Shown here: one piece after another, positions 36,115 through 44,440 of the stretch | Layout: the number at the start of each line of letters is the position of its first letter | Numbering within the stretch: the stretch's first letter is position 1 | Assembly (NCBI GenBank): GCA_028286835.1 | Contig: JAQBQT010000025.1 | Coordinates: 1 to 47,106, forward strand | Origin: Candidatus Parcubacteria bacterium | Lineage (GTDB): Bacteria > Patescibacteriota > Minisyncoccia > Phycocordibacterales > PALSA-1337 | Direction: 5' to 3' | DNA: 47,106 nt | Notes under the pieces: model-generated | The model's database searches: none | What the model saw: only the letters and a program-made list of their open reading frames with translations | Told to the model about the DNA's origin: nothing | Position numbers and translations under genes: made by a program

Positions 36115-36627
36115 ATGAAGAGATTCAACATCAATTACGCGCATCTAGTCGCCGCCCTGCTTGGCGGGCTTTATTTTTTCTCATGCGCGGTCAATCCCAC
36201 ATTCGGCCACCTCATCGACTATGTCGATCTCGTCATCCATGAAGCAGGACATGTGTTCATGGCCCCGTTCGGCATGTTTATATATATTCTTGGCGGTTCA
36301 GCTTTCCAGGTCGTCGTCCCGAGCCTTTTTGTCGGCTATTTTTACTTCAGGCGTGAATATTTTTCGGCCTCGATGATCCTGTTGTGGGTCGGATACAACA
36401 TCGTGAACATCTCGGCATACATGGGCGACGCAGTATCGACGCAGATGCTCCTATTGGGAGGGGAGGGAGTCATCCATGACTGGAATTATCTTCTGTCGGC
36501 ACTAGGAGTGCTCGACTATACGCATGACCTGGCCTCGATAACGCACGGGTTCGGCATGGCCGTTATGATAGCCGCAGCCGCCTTCTGCCTCAAATTCAGC
36601 TTCAGCAACGAAGCGCATAAGGTATAA
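36115..36627 (+). CDS. Membrane HExxH protein (M50-like putative zinc metalloprotease)
   Basis: IHEAGH in a TM segment, GGSAFQ, YMGDA, HDWNYLL. Confidence 0.75.
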   Translation: MKRFNINYAHLVAALLGGLYFFSCAVNPTFGHLIDYVDLVIHEAGHVFMAPFGMFIYILGGSAFQVVVPSLFVGYFYFRREYFSASMILLWVGYNIVNISAYMGDAVSTQMLLLGGEGVIHDWNYLLSALGVLDYTHDLASITHGFGMAVMIAAAAFCLKFSFSNEAHKV

Positions 36628-36636
36628 TATCTTTCA

Positions 36637-37050
36637 ATGAAGTATTTTCGCCTCGAGAAGGCCGGCTCGTTCACTACATGGAGGATATTGGTGAATTTCT
36701 GGAGCGTCGTCCTCTTTGCTGCGATAATCTACGATTTCTTTACGACCAATAGCCTTTCCGAGCACGAGATCCTGTTGGCGATCTCAGCCATCTACGGCGC
36801 AGCCCTGGCGATATATAGTGCGGAAAAGGAATTCCGCCGATGGCACCGCATGCATACGTCGCTCCATCCGGGAGAGCTATACGCGGTATTGTGGACGATC
36901 CTTATCGTCGCTCTCATCGTCGGGACCATTGCATATAATCCTTCATACCATCTTCCGGCTGAAGTCAGCGCCGCTTATATCGGCGTGATCGGTATACTCG
37001 CTATCACGCGCGAATCGAAGAACTTCTACAGAAGGCGCGAGAAAAAATAA
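36637..37050 (+). CDS. Hypothetical 4-TM membrane protein
   Basis: Four hydrophobic segments; TATAAT 8 nt before ATG. Confidence 0.75.
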   Translation: MKYFRLEKAGSFTTWRILVNFWSVVLFAAIIYDFFTTNSLSEHEILLAISAIYGAALAIYSAEKEFRRWHRMHTSLHPGELYAVLWTILIVALIVGTIAYNPSYHLPAEVSAAYIGVIGILAITRESKNFYRRREKK

Positions 37051-37089
37051 AACCAAATAAAACCAGCGGAGTAAGGCCGACCGTATCTG

Positions 37090-37872
37090 CTAATTTGCGA
37101 GGGGAAGTATGAGGCTGAATGTGGATCCTTTGCCAACTCCTTCCGAATAGGCCTGGATGCTTCCGCCGTGCCGTTTCATAACACTCTGTGCCAGGAATAG
37201 CCCTACGCCAAGGCCTTCCGTGTCCATGGACTGAGCATCCTTGGTCCGATAGAACTTGCTGAACATGTGCGACAAGTTGTGCGGGTCGATACCTATTCCA
37301 TTGTCCGTGACGGACAGGATGGCCTTGCGCTTGTTCACGGTTATATCTACCGAGATGTTGCGGCCCGGAGGGGTATAGGAGCAGGCGTTCTCCATGAGCG
37401 TGCCGATGACGAAATCCAAACGCGGCCGGTCTGCTTTGACCATGACTTCAGGCTGAACGCTGGTGAGGGACATGAAGAGGTTCTTTTCATGGAATGCGGT
37501 CTTTGATGTTTCCATGATGCTGCGGGCAAGATCGCAGAGATTGAGGACCTCGAAATTATATGTCGAGTGGCCCTTGCCCGCGGCGTCCGTGAGCTCGACC
37601 AGCGTGCCGGTGAGCTTGATGAGATTCTCATTGGATTTTCTCAGGTCATCGAGCTGCTGCTTCTTATATTGGTCCTGCTCTTCAGTGATAAGCCCTTCAG
37701 TGGTCCACTTGATCTGGGTGAGGGGAGTGCGGAATTTATGAGCGATGATGGTGATGAACTCATACTTCAGGCTCTCGTTCTCGCGCAGCTTGCGGTATAT
37801 GATGACTCCGACAAGGCTCGTGACCGCTACGATGACGATTGCTGCGAGAGAAATAAGGATGAGTGTGTCCAT
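37090..37872 (-). CDS. Orphan histidine kinase (TM-HisKA-HATPase_c)
   Basis: H-box AHKFRTPLT, N-box ENACSYT, DNGIGI, F-box FSKFYR, GLGVGL, GKGSTF. Confidence 0.93.
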   Translation of the reverse strand: MDTLILISLAAIVIVAVTSLVGVIIYRKLRENESLKYEFITIIAHKFRTPLTQIKWTTEGLITEEQDQYKKQQLDDLRKSNENLIKLTGTLVELTDAAGKGHSTYNFEVLNLCDLARSIMETSKTAFHEKNLFMSLTSVQPEVMVKADRPRLDFVIGTLMENACSYTPPGRNISVDITVNKRKAILSVTDNGIGIDPHNLSHMFSKFYRTKDAQSMDTEGLGVGLFLAQSVMKRHGGSIQAYSEGVGKGSTFSLILPLAN

Positions 37873-37936
37873 GGAAGATAATGTGAGAAATATATCATTC
37901 AGTATATCACTAGTAGCAGGGAGGACATACCTAAAT

Positions 37937-37990
37937 TTGACGGCCTAAAACCGCTATGCTACGATAGCCCAACAAGCTCTTCGGAGCTGT
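37937..37990 (+). promoter_or_regulatory. Internal promoter and UUCG hairpin before rpsS
   Basis: TTGACG-N17-TACGAT with TG; AGCTC-TTCG-GAGCT. Confidence 0.6.
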
Positions 37991-38001
37991 TTTAATTCAC
38001 T

Positions 38002-38352
38002 ATGCCTAGGTCACTCAAAAAAGGGCCATACGTCGAGGAGATCCTCCTCAAGAAAATTGCCGGCAAAAAGCCAGGCAGTTTGCCTGCGATCAAAACGTGG
38101 GCACGCCGCTCTCAGATTTCACCGGAAATGGTGGGATTCACATTTGGCGTTCACAACGGCAGGCAGCATCTGGATGTATTGGTCACCGAGGATATGGTTG
38201 GACACCGCCTCGGTGAATTTGCGCTTACCCGCAAGTTCGTCCGCCACGGTGGCAAGATGCAGAAGGAGATCGAAATGAAGGCCAAGGAGGCCGAGATCGC
38301 ATCTGCACAGGCCGCCAAGGGAGCCGCTGCTGACGCCTCAGCCAAGAAATAA
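38002..38352 (+). CDS. rpsS: 30S ribosomal protein S19
   Basis: [28 protein letters not shown]. Confidence 0.99.
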   Translation: MPRSLKKGPYVEEILLKKIAGKKPGSLPAIKTWARRSQISPEMVGFTFGVHNGRQHLDVLVTEDMVGHRLGEFALTRKFVRHGGKMQKEIEMKAKEAEIASAQAAKGAAADASAKK

Positions 38353-38361
38353 CATACTCCC

Positions 38362-38739
38362 ATGATCACCGCCTCACTTCAGAACTACAGGATCTCGCCG
38401 CGAAAAGTACGCCTCGTTGCGGATATGATCCGCGGCAAGACCGTTGCTGAGGCCAAGATCATCCTTACGCACGCTTCCAAGAAGGCGCGTCACCCTATCC
38501 ATGACCTCATAGACTCAGCTGTAGCCAACGCCTCGCACAATTTCAAGATCGACAACACAGCCTTGTTCGTGAAGGAGATCCGCGTAGATCAGGGATATGT
38601 CCTCAAGCGCTCGATCCCGATGGCCCGCGGTTCAGCATTCCCGATGAAGAAGCGCACAAGCCACGTCAAAGTGGTCCTTGCTCCGGTCGTCGAGAAGGCC
38701 TCCAAGAAGAAGGCTGTCGCAGCCCCAAAGACCAAATAA
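38362..38739 (+). CDS. rplV: 50S ribosomal protein L22
   Basis: ISPRKVRLVADMIRG, SAVANA, KRTSHV. Confidence 0.98.
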   Translation: MITASLQNYRISPRKVRLVADMIRGKTVAEAKIILTHASKKARHPIHDLIDSAVANASHNFKIDNTALFVKEIRVDQGYVLKRSIPMARGSAFPMKKRTSHVKVVLAPVVEKASKKKAVAAPKTK

Positions 38740-38743
38740 TTTT

Positions 38744-39424
38744 ATGTCACACACCGTACATCCATATTCACACCGCTTGGGCATCATCCGCGATTGGCGC
38801 AGCCGCTGGTTCTCCATGCACAAGAGCTACCGCACGTCTCTCAAGACGGACGTCCTCATCCGCGAATTCCTTCAGGTCGAGCTCCGACCGTTCTATCTCG
38901 GCGGCATCGAAATAGAGCGCACCCAGAAGACGCTCCGTGTCGTCATCAAGACTTCGCGCCCAGGCATGCTCATCGGCAAGACCGGTGACGGCGTCGTCAA
39001 GCTCCGCGCAAAGATCCTCAAGCTTCTCCGCAAGGAAAAGATCGACCTCGGCACCCAGGAGCTCAAGCTCGACATCGAAGAGATCCGCAACCCGGAGGGA
39101 AGCGCCGCCATCATAGGCCTTATGATCGCCGAATCTCTCGAGAAGCGCCTCCCGTTCCGCCGTGTCATGAAGCAGACGATCGAGAAGATCATCGCCAACA
39201 AGGAAGTGAAGGGTGTCCGCATCTATCTCGGCGGTCGCTTGGGCGGCGCTGAGATCGCCCGCTCCGAAGAGATGAAGAGGGGACGCGTTCCGCTTCAGAC
39301 CCTTCGCGCCGACATCGATTTCGCCCGCGAAAAGGCCCACATGACGTATGGCGACATCGGCATCAAGGTCTGGATCTACAAGGGTCAGGTCTTCAAGAAG
39401 GACCAGAAGGATGGCGCCAAATAA
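38744..39424 (+). CDS. rpsC: 30S ribosomal protein S3 (start reassigned to 38744)
   Basis: HPYSHRLGI, RPGMLIGK, GRLGGAEIAR, GRVPLQTLRADID. Confidence 0.98.
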   Translation: MSHTVHPYSHRLGIIRDWRSRWFSMHKSYRTSLKTDVLIREFLQVELRPFYLGGIEIERTQKTLRVVIKTSRPGMLIGKTGDGVVKLRAKILKLLRKEKIDLGTQELKLDIEEIRNPEGSAAIIGLMIAESLEKRLPFRRVMKQTIEKIIANKEVKGVRIYLGGRLGGAEIARSEEMKRGRVPLQTLRADIDFAREKAHMTYGDIGIKVWIYKGQVFKKDQKDGAK

Positions 39425-39439
39425 TTTTCATATACTCCC

Positions 39440-39865
39440 ATGATTTTCCCCAAAAAAGTTAAATACAGGAAGTGGTTCACCATGCGCCAGCATCCTGATA
39501 AGGAGGCTTCCCATGCAGATACCCGCGGAACGACATTGGCGTTCGGCTCATACGGCCTCAAGGCTGTGAAGTACGCCCGTATCACGTCGAACCAGCTTGA
39601 AGCTGCCCGCAAGGTCATCGCCCACTCCGCAACGAAATCCGGTAAGATCTGGATCCGCGTCTTCCCGGACCATCCGTATACTCAGAAGCCTGCCGAAGTA
39701 AAAATGGGAAAAGGAAAGGGTGATCCTCAGGGCTTCATCGCCGAGGTCAAGCCGGGCCGCATCATGTTCGAGATCGACGGCGTCGAGCCGAAGGTCGCCG
39801 CAGAGGCGCTCCGCAAGGCTGGAACCAAGCTTCCGGTCAAGACCAAGATCATCAGCCGCGCATAA
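39440..39865 (+). CDS. rplP: 50S ribosomal protein L16
   Basis: QLEAAR, IWIRVFPD, MGKGKG, KLPVKT. Confidence 0.98.
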   Translation: MIFPKKVKYRKWFTMRQHPDKEASHADTRGTTLAFGSYGLKAVKYARITSNQLEAARKVIAHSATKSGKIWIRVFPDHPYTQKPAEVKMGKGKGDPQGFIAEVKPGRIMFEIDGVEPKVAAEALRKAGTKLPVKTKIISRA

Positions 39866-39876
39866 TACATACCTTT

Positions 39877-40092
39877 ATGAAGATGAAAGAAATCACAACT
39901 AAGACCTCCACTGACCTGCAGAAGATGCTCGGCGACAAGCGCGAAGCCCTCCGCGTATTCCGCTTCGGCGCCGCCGGTGCCAAGAGCAAGAACGTCAGGG
40001 AAGGCAGGGCTATCCGCAAGGATATCGCACGCATGCTTACGGCTATGACCGCGCAGAAGGCTGCGGCCAAGAGCGCCCCGGCGAAGAAATAA
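39877..40092 (+). CDS. rpmC: 50S ribosomal protein L29
   Basis: LRVFRF, IRKDIARMLT; position between rplP and rpsQ. Confidence 0.92.
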   Translation: MKMKEITTKTSTDLQKMLGDKREALRVFRFGAAGAKSKNVREGRAIRKDIARMLTAMTAQKAAAKSAPAKK

Positions 40093-40133
40093 AGTAGACA
40101 AAGCATCAATATTCACGTAGACTCCAAATTCAC

Positions 40134-40397
40134 ATGGCCAACAACACCGTACAAGAGAATAAGACCGAAGTTCGCCGCCAGACATTCACTGGTACGGTGG
40201 TTTCTGCGAAGATGAAGGATACCTGCGTCGTCGAGGTCAAGCGCTACATCAAGCACTCCGTGTACGGCAAGTTCATGAACAAGAGCACCAAGCTCATGGC
40301 TCACGATCCAGGCAACACAAAGAAAGAAGGGGACAAGGCCACGGTCGAAGCATGCCGCCCACTATCCAAGCGTAAGAACTTCAAAGTCATCGCCTAA
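40134..40397 (+). CDS. rpsQ: 30S ribosomal protein S17
   Basis: GTVVSAKMKDT, H..YGK, AHD, CRPLSKRK. Confidence 0.97.
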   Translation: MANNTVQENKTEVRRQTFTGTVVSAKMKDTCVVEVKRYIKHSVYGKFMNKSTKLMAHDPGNTKKEGDKATVEACRPLSKRKNFKVIA

Positions 40398-40418
40398 TAC
40401 GCGATCCATTTCAATACC

Positions 40419-40790
40419 ATGATACAGCCACGTTCTATCGTAAATATCGCAGATAACTCAGGAGCCAAGATCGGCCGCATCTTCAAGGTGCTCGGAGCTT
40501 CCAAGAAGCGCTATGCCGAGCTCGGCGAGATCGTCGTGCTTTCAGTGCAGAAGGCGGAGCCTCGCAAAGCCGTGAAGAAGAAAGACGTTCTCCATGCCGT
40601 CGTCGTCCGCCAGGTCAAGGCTACCCGCAGAAAGGATGGCTCATACGTGCGCTTCGATGAGAACGCAGTCGTCATCATCGAGAAAGGCAAGAAGGAGCCG
40701 ATCGCCGGACGTATCTTCGGCCCGATCCCGCGCGAGATCCAGGAAGCAGGTTTCAAGACCATCGCTTCTCGCGCAGCCGAAATAGTGTAA
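40419..40790 (+). CDS. rplN: 50S ribosomal protein L14
   Basis: ADNSGAK, RRKDGSYVRFDENA, RIFGP. Confidence 0.99.
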   Translation: MIQPRSIVNIADNSGAKIGRIFKVLGASKKRYAELGEIVVLSVQKAEPRKAVKKKDVLHAVVVRQVKATRRKDGSYVRFDENAVVIIEKGKKEPIAGRIFGPIPREIQEAGFKTIASRAAEIV

Positions 40791-40811
40791 CCTCCAATTT
40801 TAATTACTACC

Positions 40812-41102
40812 ATGCATATCAAGAAAGGAGATCTCGTGACCGTTCGCTCAGGCGATGACAAAGGCAAGACAGCCAAGGTCATCATGGCTCTTCCGCGCGA
40901 GAACAAAGTCGTCGTCGAAGGCGTTAACGTCATGAAGAAGCACCAGCGTCCGATGGGCCAGGGCAAGAAGGGATCTCTTGTCGAGGTCGCCATGCCTATG
41001 TCGGTCTCCAACCTCATCAAGGCTGACGAGGCTAAGAAAGAGGCCAAGGAATCCAAGGCCGAGGCCAAAAAAGAGCCTAAGAAGGACTCTAAGAAGAAAT
41101 AA
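40812..41102 (+). CDS. rplX: 50S ribosomal protein L24
   Basis: IKKGD.V.V.SGDDKGK, VVVEGVN; C-terminus is an E/K-rich tail. Confidence 0.96.
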   Translation: MHIKKGDLVTVRSGDDKGKTAKVIMALPRENKVVVEGVNVMKKHQRPMGQGKKGSLVEVAMPMSVSNLIKADEAKKEAKESKAEAKKEPKKDSKKK

Positions 41103-41110
41103 ATACCACC

Positions 41111-41680
41111 ATGACCACCGCATATAAAACAACGCAGGAGCTCAACAAGACTTCATTCAAGGCATTGAAGGATACGCTCGCGCTCGCGAATCCGATGCAG
41201 GCTCCGCGCCTCATGAAGATCGTCGTTTCGAGCGGTTTCGGTTCCATCAAGGACAAGAAGAAGATCGAGATCATCGCTGACCGCCTTGCCAGGATCACTG
41301 GCCAGAAGCCTGCTACCCGCGTCACCAAGAAGGCTATCGCTACATTCAAGACCCGCGTAGGCGATCCTGTCGGCTACCAGATCACTCTCAGGGGGAACCG
41401 CATGAATGAATTCTTCGACCGCTTGGTCCATATCGCCTTGCCTCGCACAAAGGACTTCCGCGGCCTCTCGAGGACTGCCATCGATGATATGGGCAACTAC
41501 ACGCTCGGCATCCGCGAACACACGATTTTCCCTGAAACGGCCGACGAAGACCTCAAGGACGTATTCGGCCTTTCCATCACCCTCGTCACCTCATCCCGAG
41601 ACAAGAAAGCCACATTGGCCTTCCTGGAATACCTCGGTTTGCCCCTCAAGCGCGAAGAAAGCACCAAAAGCTCAAAATAG
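41111..41680 (+). CDS. rplE: 50S ribosomal protein L5
   Basis: NPMQAPRL, ITGQKP, TLRG, LPRTKDFRG, GNYTLG. Confidence 0.98.
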   Translation: MTTAYKTTQELNKTSFKALKDTLALANPMQAPRLMKIVVSSGFGSIKDKKKIEIIADRLARITGQKPATRVTKKAIATFKTRVGDPVGYQITLRGNRMNEFFDRLVHIALPRTKDFRGLSRTAIDDMGNYTLGIREHTIFPETADEDLKDVFGLSITLVTSSRDKKATLAFLEYLGLPLKREESTKSSK

Positions 41681-41718
41681 GGTATAGTATAAATACAGGG
41701 CAGCGCCTTTCTTATTCA

Positions 41719-41746
41719 TGTAAGAAACCGCCCGTCCGACCGTCAT
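41719..41746 (+). promoter_or_regulatory. Putative autoregulatory ECF promoter
   Basis: TGTAAG-N16-CGTCAT immediately before the sigma ATG at 41749. Confidence 0.6.
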
Positions 41747-41748
41747 TT

Positions 41749-42309
41749 ATGTCGAACCACGATTCGCTGCAATTAACCTTCGACAAGCTGTTCCAGTCCG
41801 AAGCAGACGCTATATTCAGGTTCTGCGTCTTAAGGGTATCGGATAGGGAACAGGCGCGGGATCTCGTTCAGGAGACGTTCGTACGTCTCTGGCAGACGCT
41901 TCAGAAAGGGACGGAAATGACCAACGCACGGGCATTTCTCTTCACTGTAGCTCACAGGCTCATCATTGACTGGTACCGCAAGAAAAAGGCGGTTTCAATG
42001 GAAAGCCTATCGGACGAGGCCACCGATGAATCATATGATCCGGCAGATGAAGGAACTCTCCCGGACAATCTCGAATTGGGGTCAGAAGGCCGCTTTCTTA
42101 TGAGCAAGATCAAAGAATTGAATGACTCCTATCGTCAGGCGGTATTTTTAAGATATGCGGAGGGGCTTTCTCCACCGGAGATAGGCAAAGTCCTGGGCAT
42201 ATCGGCGAACGCCGCATCAGTGAGGGTCAACCGCGGGATCCAGGAATTGCGGCAATTGACCGGGTACGATATCATGGAGTCCGAACAACCATCTCCTTCG
42301 AATACATAA
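41749..42309 (+). CDS. ECF-type sigma70 factor
   Basis: Region 2 DLVQETFVRLW..RAFLFTVAHRLIIDWYRK; region 4 EGLSPPEIGKVLGIS..SVRVNRG. Confidence 0.93.
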   Translation: MSNHDSLQLTFDKLFQSEADAIFRFCVLRVSDREQARDLVQETFVRLWQTLQKGTEMTNARAFLFTVAHRLIIDWYRKKKAVSMESLSDEATDESYDPADEGTLPDNLELGSEGRFLMSKIKELNDSYRQAVFLRYAEGLSPPEIGKVLGISANAASVRVNRGIQELRQLTGYDIMESEQPSPSNT

Positions 42310-42317
42310 TTTAATAT

Positions 42318-42797
42318 ATGAACAACTCACGTTTTACAACGGCAATCAAGCAATTGCAGTCTATAAGGATGAATCCGGAAGAGAAGAGCGCGCTTCATGC
42401 AAGCATTCTCTCCAAGATACAGAACAAGCAGGCCGGGGGAGCCGCTGAGCCTTTTGTCATAGGCGAAGCAGCGCAGCCGGTTTTGAGCCCATGGTCCATC
42501 CAGTCATTCAGGGAGTGGGGATCAAAGCATCGCATCGCTTCCATAGTGGTTATTGTTCTCGCTGTCGCGACGCTCGATGGAGCGCGCGCCTTTATCACTC
42601 ATGGCACCTTGGACGAGTCAGCGCCGAGGGAGATCCAAGCTTTGGCCGCGCCCGCTACTACTGCCGGGATCAAGTCGGTCAAAACGATCATCAAGGAAAC
42701 GGGAGCAGCTGTAACTGCGGTGAGCAGCGTGCCGACTGCCGACGCAGCCACCACGAGCAAGGCGACTTCAGTGCATTCTCCGTCAAAGGCTCGCTAA
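42318..42797 (+). CDS. Putative membrane anti-sigma factor
   Basis: 8 nt after the ECF gene; short cytoplasmic N-terminus, one TM, Ala/Thr-rich C-terminus. Confidence 0.6.
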   Translation: MNNSRFTTAIKQLQSIRMNPEEKSALHASILSKIQNKQAGGAAEPFVIGEAAQPVLSPWSIQSFREWGSKHRIASIVVIVLAVATLDGARAFITHGTLDESAPREIQALAAPATTAGIKSVKTIIKETGAAVTAVSSVPTADAATTSKATSVHSPSKAR

Positions 42798-42800
42798 CGC

Positions 42801-42946
42801 TTGACGCCTTCGCGCGCCTTTGCTAGTATCACCACACCTCTCAATACCCTGTATTTTCGAGGATGAGCGATTGGAAGCCATGTCCCGCAAGGGCAAGCTA
42901 ACCAATCCCCTTTATTTTTGAAGGAGCAGGGAACGAGGAACTTAGC
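42801..42946 (+). promoter_or_regulatory. Promoter and multi-helix leader before rpsN
   Basis: TTGACG-N17-TAGTAT with TG; nested stems CCTC/GAGG, CCCTG/CAGGG, GATTGG/CCAATC, CCC-GCAA-GGG, CCTT/AAGG. Confidence 0.6.
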
Positions 42947-43132
42947 ATGGCGAAAACATCAGTAATAGCGCGATCGAAGAAAAAGCCGAAATTCAAGTCG
43001 CGCGTTGTTCGGCGCTGTTTCCGCTGTGGTAGGAAGCACGGCTATATGAGAGATTTCGATCTCTGCCGCATTTGCTTCCGCGAATTCGCCAACGAAGGCG
43101 TCATTCCCGGCATCAGAAAATCATCATGGTAA
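42947..43132 (+). CDS. rpsN: 30S ribosomal protein S14 (zinc-binding, 61-aa type)
   Basis: RCFRCGR, LCRICFRE, IPGIRKSSW. Confidence 0.98.
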   Translation: MAKTSVIARSKKKPKFKSRVVRRCFRCGRKHGYMRDFDLCRICFREFANEGVIPGIRKSSW

Positions 43133-43521
43133 CCGACCTCATAGCAGACCTCATCATCCGCCTCAAGAACGCTTCTGACGCAAAGAAGCCGGTTGTTGAT
43201 ATGCCGTATTCGAAGTTCGCAGAGAATGTGGCCCACGCCCTCAAGAAGGCGGGCTATGTCGATTCAGTCGCCACTTCGGGCAAGCTCTTCAGCCGCAGCC
43301 TCCAGATAGGCCTCATGTACTACGAGGGAACAGGCGCCCGCATCCACGGAGTCGATCGCATCTCGAAGCCGTCCCGCCGCGTGTACCAGAAGTCGAGCGA
43401 CATCAGGACGTACCGCAGCGGTTTCGGAAATACATTCCTTTCAACCCCGAAGGGAGTCATGGCAGACGAGGAAGCCCGCAAGCTCAAGGTCGGCGGGGAA
43501 GTCCTCTTCAAAATCTGGTAA
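43126..43521 (+). CDS. rpsH: 30S ribosomal protein S8 (start reassigned to 43126)
   Basis: TDLIADLIIRLKNA, RISKPSRRVY, LSTPKGVM, GGEVL. Confidence 0.98.
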   Translation: MVTDLIADLIIRLKNASDAKKPVVDMPYSKFAENVAHALKKAGYVDSVATSGKLFSRSLQIGLMYYEGTGARIHGVDRISKPSRRVYQKSSDIRTYRSGFGNTFLSTPKGVMADEEARKLKVGGEVLFKIW

Positions 43522-43540
43522 TCATTTTTATACTACTATC

Positions 43541-44077
43541 ATGTCACGCCTCGCAAAAAAGCCCATCACTCTCCCGCCGAAAACTGAAGTTTCATACTCA
43601 GGCGGCATTGTGACAGTCAAAGGCCCTCTCGGCACTCTCACGAAGGCTTTCAAGCCTAATGTGAATATCGTCGTCGAGAAGGACGGAACCATCCAGGTCT
43701 CTCCGGCCAACGAAGCTCCTGAGACAGGGGTCCTCCTCGGCACGTATGTCGCTCATCTCAAGAACATGATCTCCGGCGTCAACAAGCCGTTCGAGAAGAA
43801 GCTCATCGTCGAAGGCATCGGCTTCAAGGCAGACGTGAAGGGCACGACCCTCGCTCTCGCTCTCGGTTTCTCTCACCCGATCAATATGACGATCCCAGCC
43901 GATCTCAAAGTCGTCTCCGAAAAGAACGTCGTCACCATCTCGGGCATAGACCGCGAGAAGGTCGGCCAGTTCGCCGCGAACGTGCGCGCTTTCAAGAAGC
44001 CTGAACCATACCTCGGCAAAGGCGTCCGCTACTCCGACGAAGTCGTGAGAAGGAAGGAAGGCAAGAAGGCTGCATAA
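43541..44077 (+). CDS. rplF: 50S ribosomal protein L6
   Basis: VKGPLG, LGFSHP, KPEPYLGKGVRY. Confidence 0.98.
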   Translation: MSRLAKKPITLPPKTEVSYSGGIVTVKGPLGTLTKAFKPNVNIVVEKDGTIQVSPANEAPETGVLLGTYVAHLKNMISGVNKPFEKKLIVEGIGFKADVKGTTLALALGFSHPINMTIPADLKVVSEKNVVTISGIDREKVGQFAANVRAFKKPEPYLGKGVRYSDEVVRRKEGKKAA

Positions 44078-44083
44078 ACCATC

Positions 44084-44434
44084 ATGAACATCCTACAGAA
44101 AAAACAAGCAATATTCGCCCGCAGGAAAGCCCGCATTCGTGCCAAGATCACTGGTACGGCAGAACGCCCGCGCCTTACGATCTTCAAGTCGCACAAATAC
44201 ATCTACGCCCAGATCATCGATGACACCAAGGGCCACACTCTTCTCTCGACGGATACCAAGAATGCCAAGGGCAAGACTCCTGTCGATCGCGCCAAGGAGG
44301 TCGGCATCGAGGTTGCCAAGAAGGCAAAAGCGGCTAATATAACCAAGGTCGTCTTCGATCGCAACGGATACCTGTACGCAGGTAAGATCAAGACGGTCGC
44401 CGACGCAGCCCGCGAAGGAGGCCTGGAATTTTAA
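44084..44434 (+). CDS. rplR: 50S ribosomal protein L18
   Basis: GTAERPRL, YAQIIDD, VVFDRNGY, AREGGLEF. Confidence 0.98.
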   Translation: MNILQKKQAIFARRKARIRAKITGTAERPRLTIFKSHKYIYAQIIDDTKGHTLLSTDTKNAKGKTPVDRAKEVGIEVAKKAKAANITKVVFDRNGYLYAGKIKTVADAAREGGLEF

Positions 44435-44440
44435 ATATAT

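Noticed and set aside
38678-38743. N-terminal extensions of S3 (and S8 at 43072) in the ORF track
   Set aside because: They overlap the upstream genes; homology begins at ATG 38744 and ATG 43126.
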